The notes beneath the pieces were generated by a model. It saw only the letters and a program-made list of their open reading frames with translations. It made no database searches and was not told the DNA's origin. A stretch of DNA of 64,000 bases from NCBI RefSeq assembly GCF_004010195.1, contig NC_057756.1, positions 8,034,676 through 8,098,675 of the forward strand, read 5' to 3'. Positions 1 to 13,467 of this stretch are shown one piece after another. Origin of the DNA: Chiloscyllium plagiosum. Lineage: Eukaryota. The first letter of the stretch is position 1, and each line of letters begins with the position of its first letter. The position numbers were made by a program, and so were the translations under genes.

Positions 1-295
1 CTTGATCCTTTCTTGAACAAGTGGGTTACAATAGCGGTCTTCCAATCATCCGGGACTTTCCCTGACTCCAGTGACTTTTGAAAGATCTCAACCAATGCCT
101 CTGCTATTTCCTCAGCCCCCTCTCTCAGAACTCTAGGGTGTATCCCATCGGGGCCAGGAGATTTATCAATTTTAAGACTTTTTAACTTTTCTAGCACTAT
201 CTCTTTCATAATGGCAACCATACTCAACTCAGCCCCATGACACCCTTTAATTTTTGGGATATTACTCATGTCTTCCACTGTGAATACTGACGCAA
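1..295 (-). mobile_element. CR1-like LINE ORF2 fragment
   Basis: Minus-strand peptide fragments resemble the SPGPDG and VP.DWK.A.V.P.FKKG region of CR1 reverse transcriptase. Confidence 0.6.
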
Positions 296-884
296 TGATT
301 GACTTGCAACTGTATATCATAATATCTTAATTTGTTTACAAGCTACTTCTGGCACACATGGGTAAATGTTACCCACAAGTAAATTCTTTAAAGAGATATG
401 GCACTTTCTTCTCAACCAAACCTTGATGAGATTGTACATTCTCTTGCTTCTCTTAGCCTCTGCTCTCCTTTTCTTTACCACTTCAACAAAACTCACTCGC
501 TTATCTTGCATTCTCAAAACCATCTTTCAATTGTTTTTTCTAAACAACCAACACTGTTACTTCATATCACCTACTTTATCACAGTCAAAACACCTGAGCT
601 TTTTAAACTGCTTTTTCCTCCTCATGGGTTTCCTTTTTACCTTGTGGTGAGCTATTTTTACTATCTTCAATGAGATTTCCTTTTCTCTTATTGTCTGAGA
701 CTTCCTCTTTTCCTCAATTTCTATCCTGACTGAAATTACGTCAGAAGCCAACTTTGACTTAAGAAACAACACGTAATTATCTGCCATTTCCACTGCTAAC
801 CTTGCAATCTTAACTCTCTGCTCTTCAACATGAGTTCTCACTACTTCAAGAAGTGAATTTTTGAACTCCTCCAAAATTTTCATC

Positions 885-1705
885 TAAGACTGCCATGTGT
901 TTGATCTATTTTCAATGCCCTTGTCCACCTATCAAGCCTGGTCTGAGGCAATGGAAGAGCCTCTCTGGGATTGCTTGGAATTGGTGGACTGGACCATATT
1001 CAAGAACTCAGTGGAAAACTTAGACAAGTATGCCACCGTCATCACGGATTTCATTAGAAAGAGCGTGGAGGACTGCATGCAAAAGAATCAATCTGGGTGT
1101 TCCCCAACCGAACACCTTGGACGAACTGAGTAATCCAATGTTTACAGGCGTGCAGCATTCAGATTGGTTGACCCAGACCTATTCAGAAAATCTAAATATG
1201 CCCTCTGCAAAACCATTAGAGATGCCAAAAGGCAATGCTGGACCAAGTTAGAGGCCCGAAGCTACCACACGGACACCTGCCACCTTTGGTAAGGCCGAAA
1301 CAACATAACGGGATACAAAAAGTAGCAGAACAAGATAGTGGACTAACACACATCCCTCCCTGATGTGCTCAATGCTGCCTCTGCTTGGTTTGAGCAGAAT
1401 GCCAGCGGCATAGTGTCACCTACCCCCACAGCTCCAGATGAACCTGTTCCTTTCTTCAACACTGCAGATGTCAGGTTGGTCTTCCTGAGAGATAACCCAA
1501 GGAAAGCAACGGGTATGGACAGTGTCCATGGCCGTGCACTTAGATCCTGTGTGGACCAGCTGGTGAAGGTATTCACTGACATCTTCAGACACCCTCACCT
1601 ACAAGCCGAAGTCCCCACCTGCTTTAAGAAGATTACCATCATCCCAGTACCTAAGAAAGCACATGCAATGTGTCTTAATGACCCTTACCCAGTGGCTCTG
1701 TATGT
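885..1705 (+). mobile_element. Rex1/Babar-like LINE fragment
   Basis: LRSCVDQLVKVFTDIF..VPTCFKKITIIPVPKK..CLND.YPVAL is the typical pre-RT segment of this clade. It is frameshifted. Confidence 0.75.
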
Positions 1706-2497
1706 TTGACAAGGTTCCCTCCTTAGATTCTTAAATGGTTTCTATAACTGTCTGGTTCTAGCTCACATGCACTTAAGATGACATTTTTCACCTCGTTATA
1801 CTCCCCACATACCTCTTCTGATGGTACGCAAATGCCTCACTAGCTCGACTTACCAACTTTGTTTGGATCAGCACCACTCACGTGGTCACCAGCCATTGCA
1901 ATCTCAAACCAAAAGGGAAAAAGACTTTTGACATCCTTCTCATCAAATTTAGGCACAGCTCAGACATATTTAAACAGATCTCCACCAGACCTTTATCTAT
2001 GAAAGGACTACCCTCCATCCCTGTTGGCATCACATCTACCTCCACCATTTTAAGTTGACTTTAAGTTTCAGTTCTAACCTCTGAAGTGCAAAAGTGTTGC
2101 CTTTCTCCTTTTCTTTTCTCTCTTTCTCCTTTTATTCTGCTAGGCCCTTCCTTTGCTTTCTCCTCTGTTTTTAAACACAATTCAAACTGTTTCATTTCCT
2201 TTTTTCTTTCTTTTTGTTCTGCCAAGGCTGTTCTTTCCATTTCTTTTTTTCCCTCGCCACTGTCTTTAATCCAAGCTGCTTCATTTGCAGTTGAATTTTA
2301 ATCATTTCCAAAGACTCTGAGACATTCCTGGCAATTGGAAATGCTGCAAAATAGCCATAATCATCTCCCCTTTTCCCCAACACTTCCAGCTTGTTGGCCA
2401 ATTCCAAAATCTTCTCCTTGCTCACTTTCTGTTAAGCGCCTGAAGTGACTTCTTCCACCCCCAGGAAGCTCTTAGTGACTGAAAAAACCATTACTAC

Positions 2498-3720
2498 AGA
2501 GAAAGTGAGGACTGCAGATCAGAGCTTAAAAATGGTGTTGCTGGAAAAGCGCAGCAGGTCAGGCAGCATCCAAGGAGCAGGAGAATCGATGTTTCGGGCA
2601 TAAGGCCTTCTTCAGGAATGAGGAGGGTGTGCCAAGCAGGCTAAGGTAAAAGGTAGGGAGGAGGGACTTGGGGGAGGGGCGTTGGGATTGCAATAGGTGG
2701 AAGGAGGTTAAGGTGAGGGTGATAGGCCGGAGAGGGGGTGGGGATGGAGAGGTCATGNNNNNNNNNNNNNNNNNNNNNNNNNNNNNNNNNNNNNNNNNNN
2801 NNNNNNNNNNNNNNNNNNNNNNNNNNNNNNNNNNNNNNNNNNNNNNNNNNNNNNNNNNNNNNNNNNNNNNNNNNNNNNNNNNNNNNNNNNNNNNNNNNNN
2901 NNNNNNNNNNNNNNNNNNNNNNNNNNNNNNNNNNNNNNNNNNNNNNNNNNNNNNNNNNNNNNNNNNNNNNNNNNNNNNNNNNNNNNNNNNNNNNNNNNNN
3001 NNNNNNNNNNNNNNNNNNNNNNNNNNNNNNNNNNNNNNNNNNNNNNNNNNNNNNNNNNNNNNNNNNNNNNNNNNNNNNNNNNNNNNNNNNNNNNNNNNNN
3101 NNNNNNNNNNNNNNNNNNNNNNNNNNNNNNNNNNNNNNNNNNNNNNNNNNNNNNNNNNNNNNNGAGGACCAGTGGGGTTCTGTCCTGGTGGTGATTGGAG
3201 GGCGGAGCTCCAGGGCGGAGGAGCGGGAAGTGGAGGAGATGCAGTGGAGAGCATTGCCGATCACGTCTGGGGGGAAATTGCGGTCTTTGAAGAAGGAGGC
3301 CATCTGCGTTGTACGGTGTTGGAATTGGTCCTCCTGGGAGCAGATGCGGCGGAGGCGAAGGAAAGGGGAATATGGGATGGCATTTTTACAGGGGTCAGGG
3401 TGGGAGGAGGTGTAGTCTAGGTAGCTGTGGGAGTCGGTCGGTTTATAGTAAATGTCCGTGTTGAGTCCATTTCTATCTCGGGCGACTGACTCAGATGGCC
3501 TCCTTCTTCAAAGACCGTGTGGTTGACGATGCTCTCCACTGTATCTCCTCCACTTCCCGCTCCTCCGCCCTTGAACCCCGCCCCTCCAATTGCCACCAGG
3601 ACAGAAGCCCACTGGTCCTCACCTACCACCCCACCAACCTCCAGATACATCGTATCATCCGTCGTCATTTCCCTCCACGACTCCCTCGTCAGGTCCACAC
3701 CCCCCACCAACTCAACCTCC
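2498..3720. mobile_element. Penelope-like element fragments in inverted arrangement (contains an N gap)
   Basis: MASFFKDR..ALHCISSTSRSSALE occurs on both strands. The terminal sequence is shared with 53059-53968. The block is absent from the paralogous locus near 61870. Confidence 0.8.
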
Positions 3721-4479
3721 ATGCAATACAACACGCAAAGGAAAAAAACAGCATTAACATTTAGCATTCACTGCCTTTGAGTCCAACAATCCTAAGCCTA
3801 ACCAATAATTAATGATTTTGGTGCCAACTAGAGCCCCCAATTTGTTATGGGCCAAAGTAAAACCCTTGAAACACATTAAAAAGATAGCCTAGATCCACAC
3901 TTTTTAAAGGCAAGTGTAAGGTATTGCATTCCAGTTGCAATTTAATTGGTCAAACTACTTGACATTAAGCAAATCACACTTTACTCATACACTATAATTA
4001 AAATACAACAAAAGAAAGAAGCAATTGGAATAACATAACTCCATTGGAAAACTTAACAGAATAATACATTACTTAACTACTGAACATTAATGTTCCAATA
4101 CAGCCACATGCCATAAACACACCCTGAGCAATGGCAAATTCAGTTAAAAAAAAGTCTCTCAGGCAATTCTCCAGTCTGGAGGAAAGACATCAGGAGACAA
4201 GGGAGAGAGTAGCAGGGAGCGATGTACTGCAGCTTCCAAACCCAGCTTCAAGATCCCAGCAATTCCTCCTGAACATCTCAAACTGAAAAACCTGGTTCTG
4301 GGGAGCTTGAGCCAACCCATTCAGGCCACTTCTACTGTTCCAATTTAAAAGAAAAAAACCCAAGGCCTCACAAGCTATTTATTCGATGGAAATAGACAGC
4401 TCATTACCTCTGTCTTAAAAACGCCCTTTAAAAAGTGCTCAAAATACACTTCTTAAAGCCACAGCATCATCACATAATA

Positions 4480-4810
4480 GGGGGAGGCAATGGTCTGGTG
4501 GTATTAATGCAATCTAGAATGCAATCTAGAGACCAAGGTAATGATCTGGGGATTTGGGTTTGAATTGCGCCATGGCGGATGTTAGGATTTGAATTCAACA
4601 AAATGTCTGGAATTTGGGCTCAAGTGATGACCATGAATCCATTGTTGATTATCAGGAAAAAAAGCCATCTGGATAAATAATGCCCATCAGGGAAGGAAAC
4701 TACCAACCTCACCTGGTCTGGTCTGAATGTGATTCTAGACCTTTACCTTAGGAATGGGCAATAACTGATGGCCTCACTAGTGATGCCCACATCCCATGAG
4801 TGAACAGAAA
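4480..4810 (+). mobile_element. tRNA-derived SINE, second family (copies at about 10900-11150 and 62660-62980)
   Basis: The head has A-box and B-box-like motifs (TGGTCTGGTGG..GGTTTGAAT). The tail GATGCCCACATCCCATGAGTGAA resembles the LINE 3' ends at about 8600-8650 and 43305. Confidence 0.6.
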
Positions 4811-5259
4811 AAGAAGCATCCAGATATATGTTCATCAATTCCAAGAGACCATGTGACTGCAGACAAGTGCCAGCAGGAGGCCTTCAATGATAATGGATGG
4901 AATGTGATGCTGCTGAGTTGACAACAGACCAGACAGCTTTTAGTTTTTGCTTTTGATTTGTTTTCAGAAGGGAGAACCGTTTCCCCTGGCAGGATATTCA
5001 GGATTTTAGTTCAGGGGAAGCAGTCGCTGCAAAGTGTTTTAGATTTTGGATCTTCCAAGCTGAGAAAGTTTGCACGCCATTCCGAATCCATTTGTAGCTT
5101 TAGATCAACTAGCTCATTGCAAATACTGCATTCATTCATGTTGTCTTTTGGACCTCATTCTGTTTTCGAAGCACACTCAATGATCACTTCGTTCTCCTGT
5201 TTTCTATTTTCCGTCCCAGCTTTTCTCAGGTCTCTTCCCAACTTTAATTCCTTCCCATT

Positions 5260-5720
5260 AGTGTTCCCCCTCACACGCCTGTCAGTTATCTGCCTGACAT
5301 GCCAGGTAAAGCCATCCCCAGCAACACTCACAAATCTCCCTGCGAGGATAGAAGGCCACGTCCCATTATCACCCTTGTACAGGTCCCACCTGCCTTAGAA
5401 TGTTCCCAATGCAGTAGAAATGTGATGTTTTCCCTCCTCCACCAGTTCTCCATGTACAGTCCATCGATGATCCTACTCTGATGCTGTCTGTCATGTGATA
5501 CCAAGCGCAAACCTAAGATTACTGCTCTTGAGATCTTACCTTTTAAGTTTGTTCCTAATTCCCCAAATTCAGTTTTCAGGATCTCATCTCTCTTGCTCTC
5601 TATGTTATTAGTCGCAGTGTGGACCATGAGTTCTGGCTGATCCCCTTCCCCTAGAAGGACATCCTGCAGCCATTCTGTGACAGCCCTGATCCGAGCATCA
5701 AGGGGCAACACTCCATGTTG
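5260..5720 (-). mobile_element. CR1 LINE ORF1 (SGNH esterase-like) fragment; paralog at about 63500-63810
   Basis: LLGEGDQPELMVH.ATNNI..ILKTEF.ELG..LK....AVILGL and WWRRE.ITFL.HW are homologous to 46560-46870. Confidence 0.7.
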
Positions 5721-6308
5721 GAGTTATATTCCAGGCCACACGAATCCAAGCAGAGACCTTGGTCACTTCACTTAACTCAGTTCAAACTGATACTTATCTC
5801 AGCACAATACATCAAAACATTTCCCTGGATGAGATGAAACAGAGGACAAAGGAGTGATTGATAAAACTGACCATAGTCTCTCCATTTTCTTTGGACATGG
5901 GGGAGGAAGCAAGTTTTGGGGTTCCCAAATGTTTAACCGTGTTTATAAAAGTGGGGGGGAAATATTCCCAGAAGGGTATTATGGTATTACAGTGACATCA
6001 GCAGCTAGGTGCTGAGAGTGAGAAGAAAGGTGGGATAGTCTGTACCAGAAAATATATTGCTTTTCTGCAGTAGCTTTAAAACAATGAAAACACAGAAATA
6101 AGTTTCCTTATTGACTATAAACTACAGGTGAAATACTGTTGAACTGCAAAATGTAGAGAGGTTTATTTCTGCACGTTTAATGTGTTTTAGCAACATAAGG
6201 TTGGTGGCCCTTACTGGAAGTGAGGTGGATTATTTGCAAGACAGTCAGGCACTACGTGACGTCAAACCAAGGAAAATCTGTCTAGCAGTAGCCTTTGGGT
6301 TTTCTTTT

Positions 6309-6625
6309 GATTAGATTACTTACAGTGTGGAAACAGGCCCTTTGGCCCAACAAGTCCACACCGACCCGCCGAAGTCTAATCCACCCAGACCCATTCTCCT
6401 ACATTTACCCCTTCACCTAACACTATGGACAATTTAGCCTGGCCAATTCACCCAATCTGCACATTTTTGGACTGTGGGAGGAAACCGGAGCAGCCGGAGG
6501 AAACCCACGCAGACACAGGGAGAATGTGCAAACTCCACACAGAGAGTTGCCTGAGGCGGGAATTGAACCCGGTTCTCAGGCGCTGTGAGGCAGCAGTGCT
6601 ATCCACTGTGCCACCGTGCCGCCCA
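6309..6625 (-). mobile_element. HE1-like shark SINE (V-SINE)
   Basis: tRNA-like head GGGCGGCACGGTGGCACAGTGG, V-domain TGTGGAGTTTGCACATTCTCCC, CR1-type tail with AATCT repeats. Confidence 0.85.
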
Positions 6626-7465
6626 CATTTTCACAGGCCTCAAAGACAGGTCAGCCAGACATCCAGAAGCCTGCAGGTAAGAAATACCTCTCCCTATCAT
6701 GGGGCATAGATGTCACTGGCTGGACCAGCATTTATTGCCCATCTCAAGTTGTCTCTTGAGGTGGTGGTGGTAAGCTACCTTTTTGAACCGCTACAGTCTA
6801 TCTGCTGTGGATTGATCAACAATGCCCCGATGGAGCAAACTCTAGGATTTTGACCCAGCGACAGTGAAGGAACAGTGATCCAAGTCAGGATGTTGAGTGG
6901 GTTGGAGGGGAACTTGCACAGCCTGGCGTTCCCACATTTCTGCTGCCCTTGTCCTTCGAAATGGAAGTGGTCATGGGTTCACAATCTGCTGTCTAATGGA
7001 TTTCCAAGGAGTAGGAAACATGTTGATTTCTTGCTCTGCTCCAACTTCTTTTACATTACGCATTTCCATTCTTCTGTCATCACATGACTTTGTGCCATCA
7101 TGGCACCGTGACCTTTTCAGACTCCTGCTGTTTACCTATCCCTCCCTGGGGACTATCAGAATCACCCTGTTAACCTTCGAAGTACTGAACTGTGAATCTT
7201 CACTCTGTTCTTCCAATTTGTGATTTCTCTAAACTGGCCCAGCTATCCTTTCCCTCTCTGTAGCAATCTGGAGTCGTGCACATGCGTGGATTTCAAATGT
7301 GGGTGCCCCTGTGTGAGCTGGTGCTAACTACATGTTTTTTTTTTAACTTAGTTAAGTAAAATGAAAGCAGTTTATTTATTTGTTCCACTCAAGAAAACTT
7401 GTCCAGTTGGCACTATTATGACCACTTCGCAGAAATCGTTAAGTATTCACTGATGTCGTCTGGAG

Positions 7466-7771
7466 AGATTAGATTACTTACAGTGTGGAAACAGGCCCTT
7501 CGGCCCAACAAGTCCACACCGACCGGCCAAAGCACAACCCACCCATACAATTACTCCTTTAACCTAACACTACGGGCAATTTAGAATGGCCAATTCACCT
7601 GACCCGCATATCTTTGGACTGTGGGAGGAAACCGGAGCACCCGGAGGAAACCCACGCAGACACGGGGAGAATGTGCAAACTCCACACAGTCAGTCGCCTG
7701 AGTCGGGAATTGAACCCAGGTCTCTGGCGCTGTGAGGCAGCAGTGCTAACCACTGTGCCACTGTGCCGCCC
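7466..7771 (-). mobile_element. HE1-like SINE
   Basis: Full-length copy with the same head, V-domain and tail. Confidence 0.85.
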
Positions 7772-9189
7772 ATTAAAGAAAAGATGTTTAAAGAAAAACC
7801 TTATTGAAATCATATAAAGCAGGGAATCTGTTCATCTTTTCTCCACCTGGTCACAACATGTGTTTTAGATATAATGTCAAAGTGAATGTACGTTGTAAAT
7901 GTATTCTCTTGGATACAATCCGTGAACACTGATTGAACAAATACCTGTAACATTAACCCACTGCCTACAGTGGTTATGTTGTCCAATATAATGAGGAGTT
8001 ATCATCCACAATTAAGCGATGATCTATGGGAACAAATTGAAGAAGTTGAGACTGCTGTCATTTGTGATAAGGCTTGGAGGAGATCTGATCGAGGTTGACA
8101 AATCACTAGTGGGGGCTGGACAATGTAGAGAGGGCGAAGATGTTCCTGCTTAAACAAGCAACAAGAACGTGAGATTTAATATGTGATGCAAATGAAGCAA
8201 AGGTGAAGTGCGAAAAGAAACCTTTTTTTCACACACTGACTTGTTAGGGTGTGGCATACACTGCCTAATGTGGTGGAGGCAGGATGAATGGAGCCATTCA
8301 AGAGGGGCATTGGATGGTCTACATGATGCACTGTGGAAATTTACCAAGGACCCATAGACAGCACCTTCCAAACCCATGACCACTTCCATCTTGAAGGGCA
8401 AGGACAGCAAATGCATGGAACATGACTATCTAAGGCTGTCACCATCTTGACATGGAAATATATCACCATTCCTTCACTGTCGCTGGGTCAAAATCCTGGA
8501 ATTTCCCCAGTAAGGGAATTGTGGTCTACGTACAGCACGTTGACTGCAACAGTTGAAGAAGGCAGCACCCCACCATCTTATTTAGGGCAATTAGGGACAG
8601 AACATAAACACTGGCCCAGCCAGCGATCTTCACAACCCATGACTGAATTTTTAAAAATGATTCTGAAATGTGATCTGGCTTTCTCCAGGTTTTGCGGTTA
8701 TTTTTACCGTATTCAAAAAGCACAAATCATTCCCTTCAGATGTCTGATGGTTTCTGATCCAATCACTTCCAACCACAAGCTGCTCAGCAACCTAGGAACC
8801 AATTACATCATAGTCATCAATAACTGGTCACCAGTCCCTCAAACCAATCAGCTACTTATTGCTGGCTGAATTTCCATTGATGCACATCCTTGTCTCCATT
8901 TCATCTGCAACAAGACTTGCTCCAATTGCTTGACCAAACAGCACTGACAATGAGTGTTAAGTGACTTTCAAAAGACTGCAGCAGTGATCCACACAATGCT
9001 TCCTTTTATACCAGTCCTTTTTCTCATTTCAGTTCACAGTCAAAAATGCATGAGAGCATAGGGATAGAAAACAAAAATATGTAGTTGTCAAATTTATCAA
9101 AAGCCATCATCTCTAGAATCACAGAGTTTTACAACATAGAAACAGGCCCTTCAACCCACCATGTCAATGCCAACGAAACTACACTATTC

Positions 9190-9812
9190 TGTGGTGTTTC
9201 TGCTCCTTTCACAAGGTTAGGTTGTCGTTCGGTTTTCTTGCAAAAGTTCCAATGTGTCTGGTTTGGATGGGTTTTATGACCAATTTGATCATCGCTCACC
9301 GTGCCTCGGAGAAAAGGCTTTCACATTTTAAAAAGGCACTTGTTCAATGAAAGGGGAGTAGCCAGTTCTCCCAGCTCAGTTTTTCCTGTTTTGATTTGAT
9401 TTGGTTTTAGCAAGTAGTCAGCTTTTGAAGGTGCTGGTCAAAAAAAAACAGCTACGTGGAAGAAGGTGTTCCATGCTGAAACTCTCTGTCATCTCTCTCC
9501 CTGTGTTTGATTTTACCTTTTCGTCAAGAGGTGTTTATGGGGATTGTTGCAGGAATTTGGAACAGCATCATTAAGCTGGAATATTCTGCCGGGTTTTCGG
9601 ATCGGTTACGTTATTCTGTATTCAGTTCTGTTTTGTTTGTGTTTCCTTCGATACCTTGTAAATCAATTCTATTTTGTTTTCAACTGAGGAGTTTTGACCA
9701 GCTGTATCACTCCCGGAATATCCACTGTACACCTGCTCAAAACAACCAGCAAAGTTAAGTTCTGGGCTACTTTCTTGAAATGGTTTGAGGGGATCTGGTC
9801 TGGTCCATAACA
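9190..9812 (+). mobile_element. Solo LTR of the Gmr1-like family
   Basis: TG...CA ends. The 5' end matches the LTR starting at 51969 (-) and the 3' end matches 55727-55822. It has an imperfect 4-bp TSD (ATTC/AATC) inside a CR1 tail. Confidence 0.8.
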
Positions 9813-10146
9813 AATCCCATTCATCTGCACTTGGTCCAGAGCCTGCAATGTCCTGGCTCATTCACATATTTCTTAAACAGTGCGAGAGTACCTGCCTCCA
9901 CCACACTTTCAGGCATCAGGTTCCCTCTATCAACCATCCTCTGGGTAAAAGCAAATCACAAGTCTCCTCTGAGCCACCTGCTCCTCACCTTCAATCTGTT
10001 CTGTTTGCCCTTAGACATTTCTGCCATTTGGAAAAGATTCTCATGATCTACTCCATGTCTGCCTTCCATCATGCTGAATCCCTCAAACAGATCCCACCCT
10101 CTAACTCCAAGGAAAACAATCCCAGCCTATCCAATCTATAGGTGAC

Positions 10147-12620
10147 TGTAACGAGGTCTGCCGTGTGACCTCATAGAATAGGAGTTCCCTGATTGGGGCT
10201 GTTAATCAGGCCCACTCAGGGAGCCCTGGCTGACAAATATAAACAGGGCTTTCAGGGTGCTCCTCACTCTGAGAGCTGATTCTGGGAGAGCTGGATCAGC
10301 GACAAAGACTTCCCACGTGTAAGTAAAGGGTGATTGGTGATGAGATATTGACTTCTGTGGAGTTGTTTCAAAGGCAACAAGGATGTGATTTTAAATGAAG
10401 TTAAGATGACTGGCAGAGGGATGTGACTTTGGTTTCACACTCAACGAGATGCTGAGAGACTGCTTGGTATGTGGGATTAATGATGTGGGCAATTAAAGAA
10501 TCCTAGCTCCGATGTCTGTACCGGTAAATTATTACGGAATTTTCATATGTACGATATTGACTTCTGTGGAGTTGTTTCAAAGGCAACAAGGATGTGATTT
10601 TAAATGAAGTTAAGATGACTGGCAGAGGGATGTGACTTTGGTTTCACACTCAATGAGATGCTGAGAGACTGCTTGGTATGTGGGAGCAATGATGTGGGCA
10701 ATCAAAGAATCCCGGCTCTGATGTCTGTACCGGAGCTTGGGTCTTTACTTGGCTTGGTAAATTATTACAGAATTTTTATATATAACCTGGTCTCCATCCT
10801 GGCACCTTTCCATCTCCTCTTAAAAAAGGGTCAGCATTGGGAGTGGTTGCACAGCCAAGTCTACACCTTCAGGGCAGTGAAGAAGCTTCACTTGATGAGG
10901 AGATGATGGCCTCGTGGTCTTGTCACTGGACTGTTCATCTTGTGGGGACAGGGGTTTGAATCTTACCATGGTGGAATTTGTTTCAGTTCCCAAAATTTGG
11001 ATTTAAGAGTCTAATAATGACCACAAATCTATCGTCTGGTCTGACCTACATTCGACACCAGACCCACAGCAATGACTTATAACTACCCTCTCGGCAATTA
11101 GCAATGGCACAGCTACTGATGCCCTCACCCCTTGAATGAATAAAAATAAAGATATCATTCTGTCAGGTCGCCAGCAAGAGCTGGTATTGACATGCGATAT
11201 TCCCCCTCTATTGGGATAGAATTAGCTCATAACTGGCCCAAAGGAGAGGAATGCCCATTAAATGATGCACCTATCACTTTGATTAATGCAGAATATAAAG
11301 ATGCCCAGATAGACAAGGAAGGCTTGGTGTCATATTTGGAGTCAGGAAGTTTCACCAATACCTTTACAGATATAAATTTACAATAATAATCATCCACAAA
11401 TCCCTGCTAGGTCTACATGAAGAGGATAAAGCAGTGCTGCCCATAGCTTCAGGCCAAGTTTAACAGCGGGCTCTCACACCAAGTACAAATAATTACAAGT
11501 TGGAACACCATCTGGGAGGCCAAGTAGCAAATGAGGGGACATCGAGCCACCTCCCGCTGGCAGATTCACCACCGGTGGCATCGCCACTGGAAGAGGCTGT
11601 GGTGGTTTTCCATTTTCTGGCCACACTTCCAATCACAGCTGACAATATCAGACTTTTGATTCAGAAAAATCCCCAGAAACTGGCTGAACTGCCAACATAG
11701 CTGCTCTGGTGGGGCAGTTTCCAGAGGGCCATCGGGAGCGAATTTACTGCCAACAGCTCTCCCTATCTCGTGTGAATGGCTGGGTAAACCCTGGACTCAG
11801 TTACATGCCAACTATGCAGTCCTTTGATGGTCATTGTGGGCACCCACACAAAATGACTGGACATGCATGAAGTTCATTATCAAACACGGGGATGACAATA
11901 GAAAAGCTGTGAGCATCTTTTGCAATATATGGATTTCCAGAAGTGTTGGTCACAGATAGTGGGCCATTATTTACCAGCTGGTAATTAGAATATTCAACAT
12001 AAAAGGACAGTTCCATATCATCCATCATCCAATGGTTTAGCAGAAAGAGCAGTCCCAAATTTGACAACAAGCTTGAAGAAACAGCCTACATCTTCACATC
12101 TTCACGAGAAACCAAAGTGTCCCGGTTCCTATCTAGATTATAGGACCAACCTCCTACAACTACACAGATATCTCCAGCAAAGTTGTTAATGGGGAGAAGA
12201 CTCTGTACCAGGTTATCCTGGACCAGGAGGGGTGAAACAGCATCAGAAAAGTGACATAGACAGTTCACATCAGGGGGTGAAACCTAGTGTGGGAGCCACA
12301 GGAATAGCCCTGCAATGGTAAGGGACATGGTCAATGTCAGGCCAGGTCCCGTGACATGTAAAGTTCAGGTAGGTGTGATGGTCCTAATCAAGCACGTCGA
12401 CCATATGAAAGTGGCGAACTCACAAGCAAGTGAGTGAGCAAAACGTGCCCAGCTCCTCGACAGCCTTTCTGACTGTTCTGGAACCTGTGGGATCTCCCTC
12501 TACATCAAGCTTTGAAGGCAGCTCAGAATCTGAGATGGACATGGCAGATTTTGCCACTTGACAAGGAGAACGAATTTCTTCTAAGATGCTCTGGGCGCAG
12601 GAGGTGAGCTACTGTGCGTT
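10147..12620 (+). mobile_element. Decayed Gypsy element of a second clade (short LTR 10147-10370; gag, RT/RNase H and integrase fragments)
   Basis: Peptides LNEMLRDCLVCG, ELGSLLGLVNYYR, KPWTQLHANYA, FAIYGFPEVLVTDSGPLFTS and HPSSNGLAERAV occur in standard RT-before-IN order. Confidence 0.8.
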
Positions 12621-13342
12621 ACACATCACCCTATCTGTCCATCTATGTTAAGGAGCACTTTGACGCAGAAAGGGTGGAAGATATTTGGAATTCTCTTCCA
12701 CAGATAGTGGTGGATATTGGATCAGTAGTTTGTTTTACATCTGAGAGAGATATTTTCTTTGTGAAGCAAAGTTATCAAGGGACTGGGGCCAAATGCCAAA
12801 GATGTGCGATGTTAAGTTGCCGATCAGCCGTGATCTCTTTAGATACCAGAACAGGGATGAGCGGCCGAATGGGCTACATCTGTTCCTATGCTTCATACGT
12901 GTGGATGGAACAAGGAAATGTGCAGTGTCAGAGTGAAGAGCGGAATGTCATTGAAACTCATTCATTCTGTGCACCATGAACATTGCGCGCTGTATTCCTA
13001 CACATGGTCACTAAATTCATAGTGTTGGAGAATCAAAGTTCATATCTTAGCAGGGAAAACTTCAGCAGCAGAGTGAAATACACCTGCTTATGTCCTCAGA
13101 TTCAGTGTAAACTGCACAGAAACCAGTAACATCAGAATGGAATGCACAGAAAGGACCATGGTTAATACATCGCTGCAAAACTGTAAGCGAAACCCTTCCT
13201 ATAAGAGCACAGTATTGGAGTTTGTTCCCAACAGATATTTAATTACGGAAATATCCTCGACATTGTAATGTTTACTTTGTATTCAGCAAGTTATGACTTT
13301 AACTGAGTGCTGTTTGTTCACATGAATGTGATGAATAACAAT

Positions 13343-13389
13343 GCTCAGGGGATAACCATGTCGGTGCAGAGCTGTCCCCTGTATATAAG
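13343..13389 (+). promoter_or_regulatory. Putative core promoter of receptor A: O/E-like site (GCTCAGGGGA, 13343-13352) and TATA box (TATATAAG, 13382-13389)
   Basis: The word GTATATAAGA precedes exon 1 of both receptor A and receptor B at similar spacing. The O/E match here is imperfect. Confidence 0.5.
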
Positions 13390-13467
13390 AACCCACCATA
13401 AACCCTTGAATTAGAGAGTGTGTCAGCGCATTGGGCTCTTGGAACACAGAAGCTGCTTTTCACAGAA

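Larger units (their letters stand above)
317..4474 (-). mobile_element. Decayed Gypsy (Gmr1-like) 5' portion: LTR 3843-4474, PBS, gag fragments, with nested Rex/Babar and Penelope insertions
   Basis: The LTR is bounded by TG..CA. TGGGGGCTC (tRNA-Pro type PBS) is on the minus strand at 3831-3839. Gag peptides include VRTHVEEQRVK and a degenerate zinc knuckle CFDCDKVG, homologous to 55958-56634. Confidence 0.8.

Noticed and set aside
2559..3420. Long ORFs containing X runs (also 47173-47795, 49550-49975, 53145-53789)
   Set aside because: They are artefacts of reading through N gaps in Penelope fragments.
4958..5398. Conserved duplicated 146-aa and 128-aa ORFs as a novel gene
   Set aside because: They start at TTG, have no recognisable domain and overlap antisense CR1 sequence. 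Their identity reflects DNA-level duplication or conversion.
6425..6709. Recurring peptide DCGRKPEHPEETHADTGRMCKLHT as a gene family
   Set aside because: It is the antisense translation of the SINE V-domain.
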